A stretch of 48,422 bases of DNA, filler included, from Hydrolagus affinis (lineage: Eukaryota): assembly GCA_012026655.1 (NCBI GenBank). It is 3 parts of 3 records of this genome, joined end to end, with 100 filler letters (N's around TTAATTAATTAA, not from the genome) between each part and the next. Parts side by side here need not be neighbours in the genome. Positions count along the whole stretch, not along the records: positions 1 to 26,589 come from JAAILG010009215.1; 2 more parts are not named here. One strand, 5' to 3'. A model generated the notes under the pieces. It was not told where the DNA came from and did no database searches. It saw nothing but the letters and a program-made list of their open reading frames with translations. The first letter of the stretch is position 1. Every line of letters begins with the position of its first letter. The position numbers were made by a program, and so were the translations under genes. Positions 1-13,024 of the stretch are shown here, in pieces.

Positions 1-151
1 TTTGAAGACTAAATATTTGTGTAGCTCCGCTAATGATTATTAAATATTAAGGATGTTCAGAATTTGTATTCATTCTAGTCCACATGCTATTTTAAATTCC
101 TATTGTAGTAATGTAATACATATTTCAATAATTTAATTTCATTTATTTTAG

Positions 152-195
152 GCTCCCATAAAAAAATGAATGGATCGCACGGTTCTGGAGAACAG
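152..195 (+). CDS. Gene A (inhibitory Ig-like receptor, 5' part outside the window): first visible cytoplasmic exon, SHKKMNGSHGSGEQ
   Basis: ttttag acceptor and CAG|gtaac donor; 44 nt, phase 1 to phase 0, in frame with the downstream exons. Confidence 0.65.
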
Positions 196-484
196 GTAAC
201 TTTATATAATTTATCTTTGTGACTTTGCAAGCAGAGATTGATGGAATATACAGCGATTGTTACTCATAAATGTTATAACATTTCAAATCATTTTCCTATG
301 ATGATTTATCAATCCTCTTCGTAACTTGCGCAAAAATATTAAGCACCACACATAATATATTGCAGTTGGTTAGCAGTGTATATGATGAACTATAAGTATT
401 GTAAAATGTTTCAAATATTTTAGAACAGACAGCTGAAATTCGCTTGTTCATCACAGCATTACATTTAGGCAGTAATATGGATTC

Positions 485-775
485 CTGTAGTTCTATGGAT
501 AGAGCACTTGCCCTGCAAGTGAGAGACCTGGGTTCAATTCCTGGCTGAGCAAAATGTTGGGCAAGTATTTTTTATTCTGCATGTCCCAGTTTACCTAGCA
601 CTACGGAGGAAAGTTAGTCGATTGTCAGATCGCTTTTCTATCGATACAAATCCTTAAAAAAAAATTCAATAATTTGATCTTCAACACAGTCAGTTCACAG
701 TATATTCTGTGAAGCCCTTTGAGATGTCTAGAAAACGATAAACGTACAATATCAATTACAAGGATTTTTATTTTG
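485..775 (+). mobile_element. tRNA-derived SINE copy
   Basis: tRNA-like head (TAG..CTATGGATAGAGC...GGTTCAATTCC) followed by the body/tail shared with many other copies in the window. Confidence 0.7.
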
Positions 776-825
776 TGTATTAAACATAATGAACCAATCA
801 TGGAATTACGAGTTGTATTTTACAG

Positions 826-909
826 TTTGTGCGGGGAGCAGTCGATGCATTGGATTTGACAAGTGCCCAGCAAAGGACTAATTATCACGAAAGGACAGCA
901 TACACCCAG
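826..909 (+). CDS. Gene A cytoplasmic exon, FVRGAVDALDLTSAQQRTNYHERTAYTQ
   Basis: ttttacag acceptor and CAG|gtaaga donor; 84 nt, phase 0-0, open frame. Confidence 0.75.
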
Positions 910-1445
910 GTAAGAAACATTGAATTTAGATATTATTCCTTTACATCCTAAATCATATTTGGAGTGGAAAATAGAATGAAACTCCAGTTACTTTAATATT
1001 ATTTCTGTACTTCACCCTCCTCAAACTGTCTAATTCTAGTTGGCTGACTGAATGGTAGACCATGTAATTGGTAGAGTTACACAGATCCTTCACTACTTAA
1101 TCATTCTTAATGTTAATCTTAGAGTGTAAGTACAGCAAATCATTCAACTGTACAACCATTACCAATGAGCGATATATTTTCTCAGAAGCATAGCTTTGGA
1201 AATTTAGCAATTGCCTACTAAATGAGTTCCCTCTTCTCTACAAGCCTGGTGGAAATTTATAATAGCTCCTCTTAATCGTATCGCTATATGAAAAGGAATT
1301 ACTAACCTGTAGTTTTTTAAAAAAAATAAACAACCAAGATACAGGAAACGCAATGTTGGAAATTCTGATTGCACTTATTTGAGAAATTTATGAAGTCTGA
1401 CAACATAATTAAATTATTTACATTTCCAAACATTTCTTTTTCCAG

Positions 1446-1553
1446 CCAAAGGGAGCAAACGATAACAAGCCGACATATGCTTCTTTGAATTTCTCTGGCT
1501 CAAAGAAAACAGGAAAGGCTAAACGTACCCATGAGAATGCAGAATATGCTGAG
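1446..1553 (+). CDS. Gene A cytoplasmic exon with PTYASL (ITIM-like) and AEYAE(V) motifs; read-through stop at 1574
   Basis: Polypyrimidine tract plus ccag acceptor, GAG|gtaaga donor; 108 nt; PKGANDNKPTYASLNFSGSKKTGKAKRTHENAEYAE. Confidence 0.8.
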
Positions 1554-2211
1554 GTAAGAGTGATGTGGACCTAAGTGTCAAGAAATGCTACAATACTAGG
1601 TGCCAAAGTTGATCAGAATGTCCTCCCAAAGTGAAAGGTGCTCTAGAAATGTGATTTTGTTATTGTTGTTGTTGTTGATGATGTTGTTGTTGTTGTTGAT
1701 TATTGCTTGATATTGAACATGCTCCCTGCCATATATATTGAGTTTATGTATGGGTACGTCAGTTATGTTGGAGTCTCGCCATCATCTACAGTTATTTGCA
1801 ACAATTTATTAACTGCTGATTTTTCATTCAACTGAAACAATTGCATGGTTTATTTGTCTAAGCCACTTAATATTTGAAAACTGTTTTAATTAACAAACTT
1901 AGTTGCTATCAACATCTCCATTATAGCAGCATGCAACCTCCAGAATGGTAAAAGACAACGTAGATGGACATTGGTCATTTTTCCTCTACCATTTCCTATG
2001 TTCCCATGTTAAATGTAGTATATTGTACCAATGTAATAACTTGTCTTTACCCGAATGATACATTAATCACACGTTTCATAAAAAATATAGCTGACATATA
2101 GCTAGAACAAAGACTGCTAATGTCAACTTGTAAGTAGTATAAATATTTGGCAGAGTTGAATAAGTGATTATAACAAACACCTAACAGTATTCAAAATCAT
2201 TGTCTTTACAG

Positions 2212-2340
2212 GTTAAACAAGGGGCAAACAAGCTGACTTATGCTGCTCTGGATTTGGGGGGCTCAACAAAAATGGGAAAGCCTAAATTCAACAAGAATAC
2301 AGAATATGCCACGGTACAGATGAAAACTACAAAGGCGTAG
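2212..2340 (+). CDS. Gene A terminal coding exon with ITIM LTYAAL and ITSM TEYATV
   Basis: tctttacag acceptor; VKQGANKLTYAALDLGGSTKMGKPKFNKNTEYATVQMKTTKA then TAG. Confidence 0.85.
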   Translation, partial: VKQGANKLTYAALDLGGSTKMGKPKFNKNTEYATVQMKTTKA

Positions 2341-3869
2341 CACAGGTCACCAACAGGGAATCGGGAAACATATACTATAGAGGCATCTGTGTCCTTTGTT
2401 GCTACCCTGTTAGTATTTCTCAAGCACAACTGTGGCAATTTATGATTTTATTTAATTTAGCGATTTGTTGCAAGAAACAAGATGGTTAAATCTATAACTG
2501 TAATTGCTTTCTTAATTTTTTTTTATACTTTAGCAGTGGTTTTGCCCTCTACACATTCCACCTAATATGACACTGCCTCCTTGCTACTGACTCCTCTCAG
2601 TAAATACTAGCCTCCATCGTGTAGACCAGCTACGTAAAAATTAAGAGAGCACTGAGTCATTGTGTCTCACTCTCAACCTTCAAAACCTACCTTAACATTT
2701 AATGTTTTACCACTCAATAGGAACCTTCACTTTGTTCCTCATTTATGAATTAAAAAAACCCAAATTATGAAGTTTTGAATAGTGGTGTAAATAGTTTTTA
2801 TATCATTCTAATTAAGAACAGTTATGAAACATAAATTGCATTGATCCTGATTTGATTTGATTACAAAAATGTAATTTTGTTGTTGTTGATCCTCATTTAC
2901 TGATTCTGTCTCTTTGGTATTAATGAAGTAACACTTGATGTGCGTTGTCATACAGTGATTAAGAATACGTGGTACCCTTCATCTACCGCTGTAAGAAGAT
3001 TAGCTTGTGGATGTTCAAACTGATCAAGTATTTTCATCAAAATCTACCTAGTGGGAAGCAGCAAAATTTTTGACTGCATTGATATTTTTGTATTATAAAG
3101 TAATTTTTAGATTGTTATATCAAAAGTGTTCAGCTCTCAAAATCAACAGTGTATCCCGTATATGAATTATTATGAACTATTATTTAACAGTAAAATGGTT
3201 GTGGACATTGTATGGTGAGTGGGTGTAGATAGCTATTATCTATACTAACATAACAACTGATATGCTCTACAAGACCAATCTCTTTCTGTAAATTTTTAAT
3301 AATAATAACGATAATTAATCCTTGCATTTGATATAGCGCTTTTCACATCTTATCAACATCTCAAAGTGCTTCACAGAATGTACTGTAAAGTGAATTGACT
3401 GTATATTTGTGAATGTGTCTTACTCCACTATTACTAATCCTGGAATTATGGTGGGTTCAATTTGAATTTGCAATGTCTGTTAATTTGTCCTCTATTCCTT
3501 CATAATCAAAATACAGATCTAAATTCTAATTACAATTTCTGGATTTCTTTTTTGAAATGGGATACGCACATCTTATTTCTTCATCAGTTACACATAGTAG
3601 CGTTATTTATTTAGGCTCTTATCCACATTCAGTGTCAAAATAAAATCATTAACATGAAAACATATTGAACAGTATTGTATGCTTAGAGACAGGTACATGG
3701 GACTACCTCACAAATAGCATTCATTGTTCCAAGATCAAGGATTTGAGGAAGAAAGCATGAGAGATAGTAATAAAAGGCTTGACATACAACAGCAACCTTC
3801 CTTTACATAGTGTCCTTCTGCAAACTTTAAGAGTGCTTCAGACAGCAATACGATGCGGAGGAAGGGAAC

Positions 3870-5300
3870 AGGTGACCTTAAGCATGGTTTAAGGTGAGAC
3901 TTAACCATGAAACGAAGGGTCGATGGGGCTTGGGAAGGGATAGGCTGGGATAATTACAGGAGATAGGTGCATAATGACTGAAGGCAAGACAACCGGTAAT
4001 GGTTCAGAGTTTGCAGGATCACATGTCTGAGTAATCCAATGGAAATGGCTATCAAAGTTACCGAGTGTCATCGGTGTTTGGGACAGATAATTGTTTAATG
4101 TGGGGTTTGGTGTATTAGTCAGCATGTGGGTGGTGGAGTTTGGATCAGATGCATTCTGTGATTATGAAATCTGGGAAGCCAGCAAAGAACACATTGGAAA
4201 ATTTAAAACAATACAACACAGATTTACCATTATACAGTCCATTTCATGTTGGGAAGATGACCTGAAGTGCTCGAAAGATTTGTTTGGTACCCGAGTTGTG
4301 AGTGGAAGTGAGGCAGAGGGAAAGGTGAAAGAAGGTAATTAACATGTCTTGAGAAGGATCTTGAAAGAGGTGAGGGAAGGAGTGAGTCAGAGCGACTTCA
4401 TGATTGAGTTCCACAGAGTGGACACAGATAGGCTGAAAATCAGATTGCTAGTCTTTGCTTGGTAGAGAGGTCATGAAGCGGGACAGAGCCTACTGAGCAA
4501 AGGGAATGGCAAGGATGGTAAAGTTGGAGATGTGGCAAAATGAATGTGATTAGCATTAGGTATGGTGGGAACTATAGTAAAAGTGTGGGAAATGCTTTCA
4601 GCAACATTTCATATGAGATAGGAGCAGGGGCAGGCAAAGCGACTGCGGTAACAAAGGACAGTTTTGGCCAAGGAACTAATTTATAGAATGGAGGGAAGCT
4701 GAGACTTGAACCAGCATGTTATTGGTTTCATGAGCTTCAGCGTGAGGAGGTTTAAGGAGATCATAACTGAAACTCAAGTGTCTTTGGTCATAAATGGCTT
4801 CCATAAATACCTTCAGGAAGATGATGCTTCAAACCAGCCTACAAGTCACAGTGGATTCTGGTATCTAGAAAAGTAGATTATGATATCATCCATATGCATG
4901 AAGAAGTTATTTATATGTCTGTGGATTACTTCGCTAAGAAGAAGCATGCAAATGAGAAAAAGAAGCGGGCCAAGGATGGAGATCTGAGGTGCTCTGCAGG
5001 TGTCAATGCAACAGTTGAAAGAAAAACAATTGGATAAAGTCACTTAGAAACCTTAAGACTGCGGGTTCATAGAGTTTGTTGAGGAGGAAAGGCAATCAAG
5101 AAGTGGACTAGTCCACTGTGTCAAAAGGTAGAGAAGGACGTTGGCAGACTTTGTCATAGAGAGAGAAACAACATCAACAAAATTACATTTATACAGCACC
5201 TTTCACATTGGCAAAGTGGTTGATTGGTGACTACGTGGACATTATCTTAGTGTGGTGGTCAGGGTAAAAACTGAGTTGGAGTGGTCCATCTGTTGTGGGC
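3870..5300 (-). mobile_element. Degenerate L2-type LINE fragment (endonuclease/RT remnants)
   Basis: Minus-strand ORF pieces LGNFDSHF (endonuclease-like) and LGPLLFLICM...MDDIIIYF (decayed RT core); boundaries approximate. Confidence 0.6.
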
Positions 5301-7269
5301 ACTGTGTGATTACAAACCAGATATTCAGTTGACATTAGCTCTTTCATGCTCCAAAACTCATTTATTGACATTCTTTTCCACAAGCTCCTAAAAATCTGCT
5401 CTCAAAACATGCTATATACAGTCAAAGACAGTGATCCAGGACAAATAACAACAAAATCAGCAACAAAATTACATTGATAGATCGCCTTTCACGTCAGGAT
5501 CAGAAAAGTAATTGAAAATGTACTGGCATACAGTGCTGGATTAAACTCCATGGTGGTTCAGGGCAATGATAGTTTGGGGGCCTACTTACATGTTGAATTT
5601 TTTTCTTCTATTATTTTACCACCACAGTGATGCCAAACACTCTATTGTTAATTTACCTTTGTTATTCCAGTTCTGTCTTTTCAAATATGATATACAAAGC
5701 TCAATCAAAGTTTCAACAATCAAAACCATATCAAGTTCAGCGCAAACTGGCAGTACTAGTTCTAACATCATAACTTAGTGATGTTAAGGGTAAAATTACG
5801 ATTTCACATTAGAATAGCTGTTAAATCAGTTTCTTCCAACTCTTCTTAGCCAAAAAGTCTTCATTTATATCATTGATAATAACAATAATCCCTTCAAATA
5901 ACATTTATAATAATTTGGTCACTGAATCCATGAGTGTTATCATGGAGGCATATCAACAACAACAACAGCTAAAATTACTAATGTAGATGTTGGGAGGACA
6001 TGCTAAGGCTTATATCAAATACAAGGTTTATTATTATTGTTATTGAAATCCAGCTGCAAAGCTAGTCAAACTCAAATGATATTAATATCATAGCAGATCA
6101 CCAGGGCCAATAGACAATTGTAGAAATGTTTGCCAAACATTTGGTGGAAATTTAACATTTTTTACGGAAAGACGGTGAGACAGTCGCAGAGACAGAGACA
6201 CTAACATACAGAGAGAAACACATCCACATGCTGAGATAGATACATATAGACAGAGGAGAGAGAGATACTAGCCCAGAGCAATCTCAATGGGGTCAAAGAA
6301 GGGTCTCTGCATGGGGCTGCGGAAAATCATCAGCGAGCGAGGCCATTCCAATACCCACTGTGCTGCGCATGCCCAGGGACTTTTCTATTGGCCCTGCCAT
6401 CACTCATTTGGGGGGACGGGGGACGTCAACATCAGTGCCCTGGGCAGCAACCCCTAAAGCCCCCGTGATAATCTGTGCAAAAAGATATTAGATAGACAAT
6501 ATTTTGGGATATAATAATAATATAATAAATGTACATATAGTAATATTTTGAGACATGTCATATAGTAAATGTAGTATGCTTGGAAGAACAAGGCAACTTT
6601 AAATCTCAAGATCCCAAAGCATTCCACTATGTTGTAGACTCATCTATAGAATTAATTGCGATCAACATAAATACGTAAGAAATGTTAGATGTTAAAAGAA
6701 CAAGGTCACCTTCAACCTTCTAGATGGTCACATTCACATATGCCCCAAACTGCATATGTACTATATCCTATAGTGGGATATAAGAAAACTATGTCATTTG
6801 TGTTTGAAAGATCAACACTTCCTGCTTTCACTGTCTTCCTAGGGAGCCTGTTTTACAGGTTCATATTCACTCACTGAAATAGTGTTTGCATAGATTCATT
6901 CTAAATTTACTCCCCTTCAATCACAAGCCACGTCCTCTGGTTTTACTATTCTGGACAACTTTTAACAGCTTATCATGACCTATATTGTCTAGCCCCTTTA
7001 TAATCTGAAAGACAGCAATCGTATTGCCTCTCAATCTTTCTTTTCCGGTGTGAACATGACCAAATATCAAATTAGCCCTGATTCATATTGACATGGAATA
7101 CAACTAATAGAGCTTGGATTGAGAGCAGTTCCCCTGGATAACTACAGGAACAATCTCATCATGTTACATTCAGATACAATTTCAACTTTGCTGCCAAGTT
7201 AAGATAAGTGACAGTAATCAACTTTGATGTGGACAACTATTTTCACAAATCCCCACGATACACTGGGAA

Positions 7270-7306
7270 CCAATCATCTGACCTGACAGAGGCTGGAAGT
7301 CAGTCA
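7270..7306 (+). promoter_or_regulatory. Candidate promoter of gene B (CCAAT box plus ETS-type GGAAGT)
   Basis: CCAAT at 7270 and GGAAGTCAGTC at 7295; the same arrangement is conserved upstream of gene C. Confidence 0.45.
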
Positions 7307-7380
7307 CCACGCCTTACATGTAAAATCTTAAACAACTATAACTACTTACTATAGCCAACGATTATTAGTCTCGATACCTA

Positions 7381-7441
7381 ATGAGAATGTCAGCGAGTTT
7401 TGTGTTTCAGCATGCATGTCTGTTAGGATTGGTTTCCACAG
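7381..7441 (+). CDS. Gene B leader exon, MRMSASFVFQHACLLGLVST
   Basis: ATG to ACAG|gtgtgt, phase 1, 61 nt; a homologous 61-nt exon is present in gene C. Confidence 0.8.
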
Positions 7442-7603
7442 GTGTGTATTCTTTTTTTAATCTAATTTGACAAAAATGGACATAGATTATATCATTTTAT
7501 ATAATTTTCTATTGATAGAGCAAGTCTGTATATTGCTCTGTGCATTATTTTGTCTTTTGCTGTAATTCTCTTTCTAATTTACGTTTGAATTTATTTCTGA
7601 TAG

Positions 7604-7924
7604 TTGTTGACGGTACAATGATCAGAGTGACCCAAATCCCAGATCATATGGAGGCAATTAGAGGCACTAACGTTACTTTCCACTGCATGTTTCCTGACGC
7701 TCAATCCAACTCACGTGTAAAAGTTTACTGGTTGAAAGAGGGAGAGAATAACTACCTGCATACAAGGGAGGATACAAGACAAGTGTTTGAGTTTGAAAGT
7801 GAACAAAAAAGCTTCTTTAAACTCCAAAATGTGAATCTCCAGGACTCTGGTGTGTATCATTGTGTTCTCGTGCTTCAGGGGAAAATAGCGGCCAGTGGAC
7901 CTGGATCACGTCTGGATGTATGGG
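7604..7924 (+). CDS. Gene B V-set (VJ-type) Ig exon, NKp30/SIRP-like
   Basis: VTQ..G.NVTFHC, VYW, DSGVYHC and J-like GPGSRLDV; phase 1-1, 321 nt; no RSS seen. Confidence 0.9.
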
Positions 7925-9132
7925 GTAGGTATAGTTTCAGTGAAGAACGGCAATATTCCAAATTAGATTTTGAGCCAAAAACTCTGACCATGTGTGAAGG
8001 ACATTTTCATTATTTTTAGAATATGAAACAGGTGTTTCAAAATGTTATCCTTTAAAACGAATCTTCCTGGGGCCAGGTGGGGTCTGCTTGGAGATGACTC
8101 CCGAATTATTCACTTGGCAATGGAATGTCTGAATCATATCAACCTTCTGCAATGGCCTCAGTGGGCCAGGTCTTGACCCAGGCAGGGCTGCAGTATTCTG
8201 GGGGCACTTCTATACAGCCCAGCCAGCCTGACTCATCATTTGGATGAGCAGAGAAAGCCTGGTATAATGGGCAGGCTGATAACATTGAACCGCTGTTAAC
8301 TCTGCAGGCAATGTAGCCTTCTTGGGTACGGTTATGTCACATAGCTCATGCACTCATGTGCAATAGCAAATCTTAATTTTATTATTCTTATCGTATTCTT
8401 ACATGTTTGAAAAGTACATGCTACAGTGTTGGCCGGGAAGGTTGCATTACCAGCAGTGCCTTTATTCGGATAAGATCAACAGCCATCCCGCCATTTGAGA
8501 TTAACAATAAAAAAAATTACACGTTTGAAAAGAGAAGTGTTTCTTGGTGTGCTGATGAACACATCCCTGATTGTATCCCCAGAAAAAAAATGCAAATGCA
8601 AACAATTTTATGATTTGACGGATTTCAACAAAACAAGGACCTATATCGGATGCAATGGTGTTCAAAAATAATTTAATTAAGGTTTTGACAATTTCAAACC
8701 ACAAATTTTTATTAAATAAACTAAATACATTTAGTCAAATACATTTTCAGTAATGAACTATTTCTTCATTTTACTGAGTAGGAATACAACAGAGTATATC
8801 AGTGTTGGCTATATTGCTGTTGTGACTATGTATATGGCTCGAACATTATTTTTCCCTCCAGAATTTCTATCGATAACTATAAAAAACTTTTCCGTATTGC
8901 TCCATTCCAGGTAAGAGAACAGAATTAGAAGATCAAATTTGTATTAACGGGGAGATACATCGGAAGTATGAAAAATGATGTTTTTAGTGGAGATTGAGAA
9001 ATTCTATGACAATTGTGCTAGCTTTACATGGTGTATTTGTTTACTTTTTGGAGAAACTGTAGTGACCATAAAGTTTAATCTCCACCAACTGAGTGTAACT
9101 TCTGTAATTCTGCTGTACTGTTCGTTCTACAG

Positions 9133-9444
9133 TTCCTCCAACTCCACTGAAAATCTTCTCCAACGTTACTAAAGCAGGATCGCCAGTGCCTCTGACTCTT
9201 GTGTGTGAAACCACTGCATTTTATCCAGAGAATCTTAACCTCACTTGGTATAAAAATGGCACCAAAATTACATCTCGAATAGATATCTCTAAACAGCAGA
9301 ATGCAGAGGGATTGTATGAAGCTTCAAGCTTTGTGGAAGAGAACAAGCCTGTCCAAAGTGGGATTGTTTATATCTGTCAGGTTTCTCACATCAGCCTTCA
9401 GATTCCAGAAATTGTCAACTACACAGTTCAGTTCTCCAACACAG
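9133..9444 (+). CDS. Gene B C1-set Ig exon
   Basis: VPPTP...LVCETTAFYPENLNLTWYKNG...YICQVSH; tctacag acceptor and ACAG|gtagga donor; 312 nt. Confidence 0.92.
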
Positions 9445-9659
9445 GTAGGATGCCCACAATCTTACTGTCAATTAATTTTTTCACGTTTTTTTAGTACCTG
9501 ATTATATTTCCTGCATGTTTATGAGTTGAAGCAAATCCCATATTTTCTTTCTGTTGTATTGGTGAGTTTGGATTTGACTGCTCATTTTCACTGATATCAG
9601 AATGACATCTAGAGATCACTCCGTGGATGCACCCAGCCGTACGTTTATAGTAATGATAA

Positions 9660-10148
9660 TAATTAATTTTAATACCACTTTAACATTTCCCTCTTTGACA
9701 GAAGTTATGATCAAGCCCCAGCTTCCAAGCCCCCAACTGTGGTATGTCCCATAGACTACTCTGCATAAAGAGTGCAATATATAGTTTATATGCATATCTG
9801 TGAAAATTGTAATTGTGTGTCCTTGGTTTTGATATAACACTTGGTAATGTTATTGATGCATCTCAAAATGCTTCACATAATGTATATGAAATTGTATTGA
9901 TTGTGTATATTGACATTAATTTCACCTAAATTGAACATTGCGACCCATGCTCATAGTTTTTCCGGTAGAAAGATAGTACGAGAAGTCAGCTACAATTACA
10001 ATTTTCACAGATATGCATATCAACTATATATTGCACTCTTTATGCAGAGTAGTCTACGGGACATACCACAGTTGGGGGCTTGGAAGCTGGGGCTTGATCA
10101 TAACTTCTGTCAAAGAGGGAAATGTTAAAGTGGTATTCAAATTAATTA
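9660..10148. repeat. Long inverted repeat (157-bp arms at 9660-9816 and 9992-10148, 175-bp spacer) in the gene B intron
   Basis: The two arms are near-perfect reverse complements read directly from the sequence. Confidence 0.9.
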
Positions 10149-11051
10149 AGAAGGGGGCCAGGTAGAGGGATTTCCAAAGATTAGGACGGGAAACTCGACC
10201 AAGGATTACAGTTGTTGGACTTCCCCAGGCTTGCTTGTGACATCTGAGTAATGGGGACGACAGAGGAACGAGGTTAGAGAGGTTGGGAGCTGTTCGAGTG
10301 TGAACGTGAGACTGAGGGACCTGAAATCTATTCCTTCGAAGCCATGAAGAGAGTCCACGATCATCAGCGTGCTGATTTTAACAATGTGATTTTAACCAGT
10401 GATCCAGATTTGGATGAATTGGACCTTGTGAATGGTGGAACTGGGTGAGCCAGTAAGGAGTCTGTTTGCAGTCAATGGTGAGATGCAAAAGATGTGAAAA
10501 AGTTTATTAGTGGCATCTGGTGTAAGTAAAATACAAGTCGTCTTTCTCTCTTCCAAATAATTAACATTCAGCAAACTTCCCTACTCCCCACACCTCTGTT
10601 TACCTAGCAATAGGTAGGAACCCAGTTGTTATTCGATTGGTGGTTTGCTTTTCCTGAAGTAATAAAGCCTAAAAAAAATCATATGTTATTCACTCAATGC
10701 ACGATTGTTTGTGGGAGACTGCTGTGCGCAATTGGCTGTTGCCGGTTGCTCCCAAAATATACAGTCAATTCACTTTACGGTGCATTCTGTGAGATGTCTC
10801 AAACTGTGATAACAACAAAATTAGATTTTGCTCCCACCTTGCTCATTGGGAGAACGTCCAGGTGCAAGTGCAAGGATGACATTGACAATTATTATTATTA
10901 TTAATAAAAACCTACCTGATATTTAATCTCCATTAGAGTTCAGTGATATTTGCCTTGCTATGTCGTGACTTGTGTCACCCCTCAGTCTAAACCAATTTCA
11001 AATGAACCCTACATATGCACACTGCCTCATGGTTCTGTCTTTACTTCATAG

Positions 11052-11167
11052 TTTCTAACAGAGAACGCAATATTATAATTTTCCGGTATGTATGGAGTGT
11101 GTTGGTAATACTTCTCTTGACCATCATCGTTGTGGACCATTTCAGAATTCATCCCATTCAAAGGTAA
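11052..11167 (+). CDS. Gene B TM exon with intramembrane Arg (IIIFRYVWSVLVILLLTIIVVDHF); read-through stop, or AG|gt donor after 11163
   Basis: cttcatag acceptor, phase 1, hydrophobic stretch; homologue in gene C. Confidence 0.88.
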
Positions 11168-12162
11168 AATATGTATTGCTATTCGAGACTGCTGTTGCTT
11201 TAATATTAAATTGTTTGAGATGCGGTACAAGAAAACAGAAATATACTTGTATATCATTGTTTAAATATAATAACAATTTTTGCATTTGATATAGAATTGT
11301 ATCATGTCATTGAAACATCTCAAAGTGTTTCACTAATATATTGTATAGTAAATTGACTGTATATTTTGTGGTCAAAATGTGGCAGTGAATTGAACTCAGC
11401 AGTGCACTACAAGCATTTGTGCATTGAGTCACCACTTTTTAAGTAATATTACCCACTACAAGGGATCTGCCAATTGACTTACAACCAGGTTCCAACTTGC
11501 TGTGAGGCAAATAGAAGCATGTGGAGTAACAACATTTGTATAGTGCCTTTCACATCTGAAGAACGTCCTAAGGCACTGAACAGTCAGTGTTTCAGACCCG
11601 AGCTGGGATCAGGATCAGGATTGGTGAGGGTGGAGTGTGGAACTTAAAGGAGGCTAGGGAGGGAGAGATGCAGAGAGATTGTGGAATGGAATTCCATAGG
11701 TTAGGGGACATGAGCTAAGGCTGGTGGGATTGGTGTATCGGGGGACATGGAGCAGGCTGGAGCCTGCTCAGTGGAGGGAGTGGACAGATTGGAAGGGGAT
11801 GAGGAGGTCGCGGAAGTAAGGTGCAAAGCCATGGAGGGGTTTAAAGGTGACTTTAAAACTTTAAAGGAAACTTGCCCAAGGTTACTCTCCACCAAAAGTA
11901 AAATATGCAGATGTGGTGGTGGAATAAATCTTTCTGTCCTACAATTTGAGGAAATTTGAAAATGAATTTCTTTATAATTGATTTTAAATAACATTAATAT
12001 GATGGTGCAACAAATTGATACTTTTAGATTTGGTTGAAGAACTTGTGGCAAATTATGCAAAAACCTACATTGCAAACATATTTTGCAAACAGACTTCACA
12101 TAAAAGACCACTTTTATGTAAACAAAATACATGGTGTTTCATGAGATTTTGCATTTGTAAAG

Positions 12163-12208
12163 TCATGAATGTAGTTTTGAAAAAAAATTCCAACATTTCA
12201 AGAGTTAA
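12163..12208 (+). CDS. Probable gene B terminal exon (SHECSFEKKFQHFKS*), with 3' UTR running to AATAAA at 13067
   Basis: Acceptor position conserved with gene C (24635); phase 2 matches the TM-exon donor; polyA signal conserved in both paralogues. Confidence 0.5.
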
Positions 12209-12299
12209 ACTTAATTTGCGTCAAATCTCAAAACCGTGTATTTCTGCTTAAATACTGTGGAATAATTTCTGACAATGAGAAAAACATGTGATATTACTA

Positions 12300-13024
12300 C
12301 AGTAGAAGCCCTTTATCCGTGACTCGATGCACCAATACTTCCATATAACCGGCACGCCCCCCAAAAAGTCCTCATTCGATAAACCAGAACTTATCTGGAA
12401 TAATAACAGTGAAGCATTTGTGATTGCATAAATAATAACATAACAGCAGAATACTGCATTGGCACTCACCGTCAAAACCACTATCCCGCGCCCCCCAACC
12501 CCGCTGGTAGATACTGCGCTTGTATCCATGATGCTGCGGTTGAGGTTTACAGTCCAGCAACCCCCCACAAAATGGAGCATGCCAAGCGAGCAAAAAAAAT
12601 TTAGTGTATATGACTTTAAAGTCATACTAGCGGCAAGACAATAATGCTAGACGATAACCCACATTGTCGCGCAGGTGCAGTATTTCGGTTTGCCACTAGT
12701 AGAGTCTAGGGCTTCAGCTTGCAGGTAGTAAAGTGGCGCTGCCGTTTTTTTCACCCGCCTGGCGCCCCCCATTCAAAAAAGAATCGCGGGACTGCAAACC
12801 CCAACCAGCAAAGGTGAGAAGCGCAGGAGAGCAGCCCCAACAACAAGCACCAACACAACATTCTGTCACTATCTGCCATTACTTAGTCTGGTGTGTATGG
12901 TGTGTTAAAAGAACTTTAATTTTCTTAGGGTAGGTTTTCGGCTGCGGGCCGCCCGAATATACGGCAGGCGCTTTAATTGGCATTGGCCAGGTCCCGCGGG
13001 TGCCGGATACACGGGCTTCTACTG
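12300..13024. mobile_element. Non-autonomous Tc1/mariner-superfamily (Tigger/pogo-like) DNA transposon, 725 bp
   Basis: TA|CAGTAGAAGCCC...GGGCTTCTACTG|TA with ~20-bp TIRs and a TA duplication; empty TA site in the paralogue at 24776. Confidence 0.9.

Noticed and set aside
485-560. tRNA-like sequences (also at 25490-25553, 41890-41940 and 46220-46290) as tRNA genes
   Set aside because: Incomplete cloverleaf, and each is attached to the SINE body
7476-7530. Hydrophobic ATG-initiated stretch MDIDYIILYNFLL (and MEVNYLILFFS at 18337) as leader exons
   Set aside because: The donor phase does not match the V exon and the paralogue has a stop; better phase-1 leaders lie just upstream
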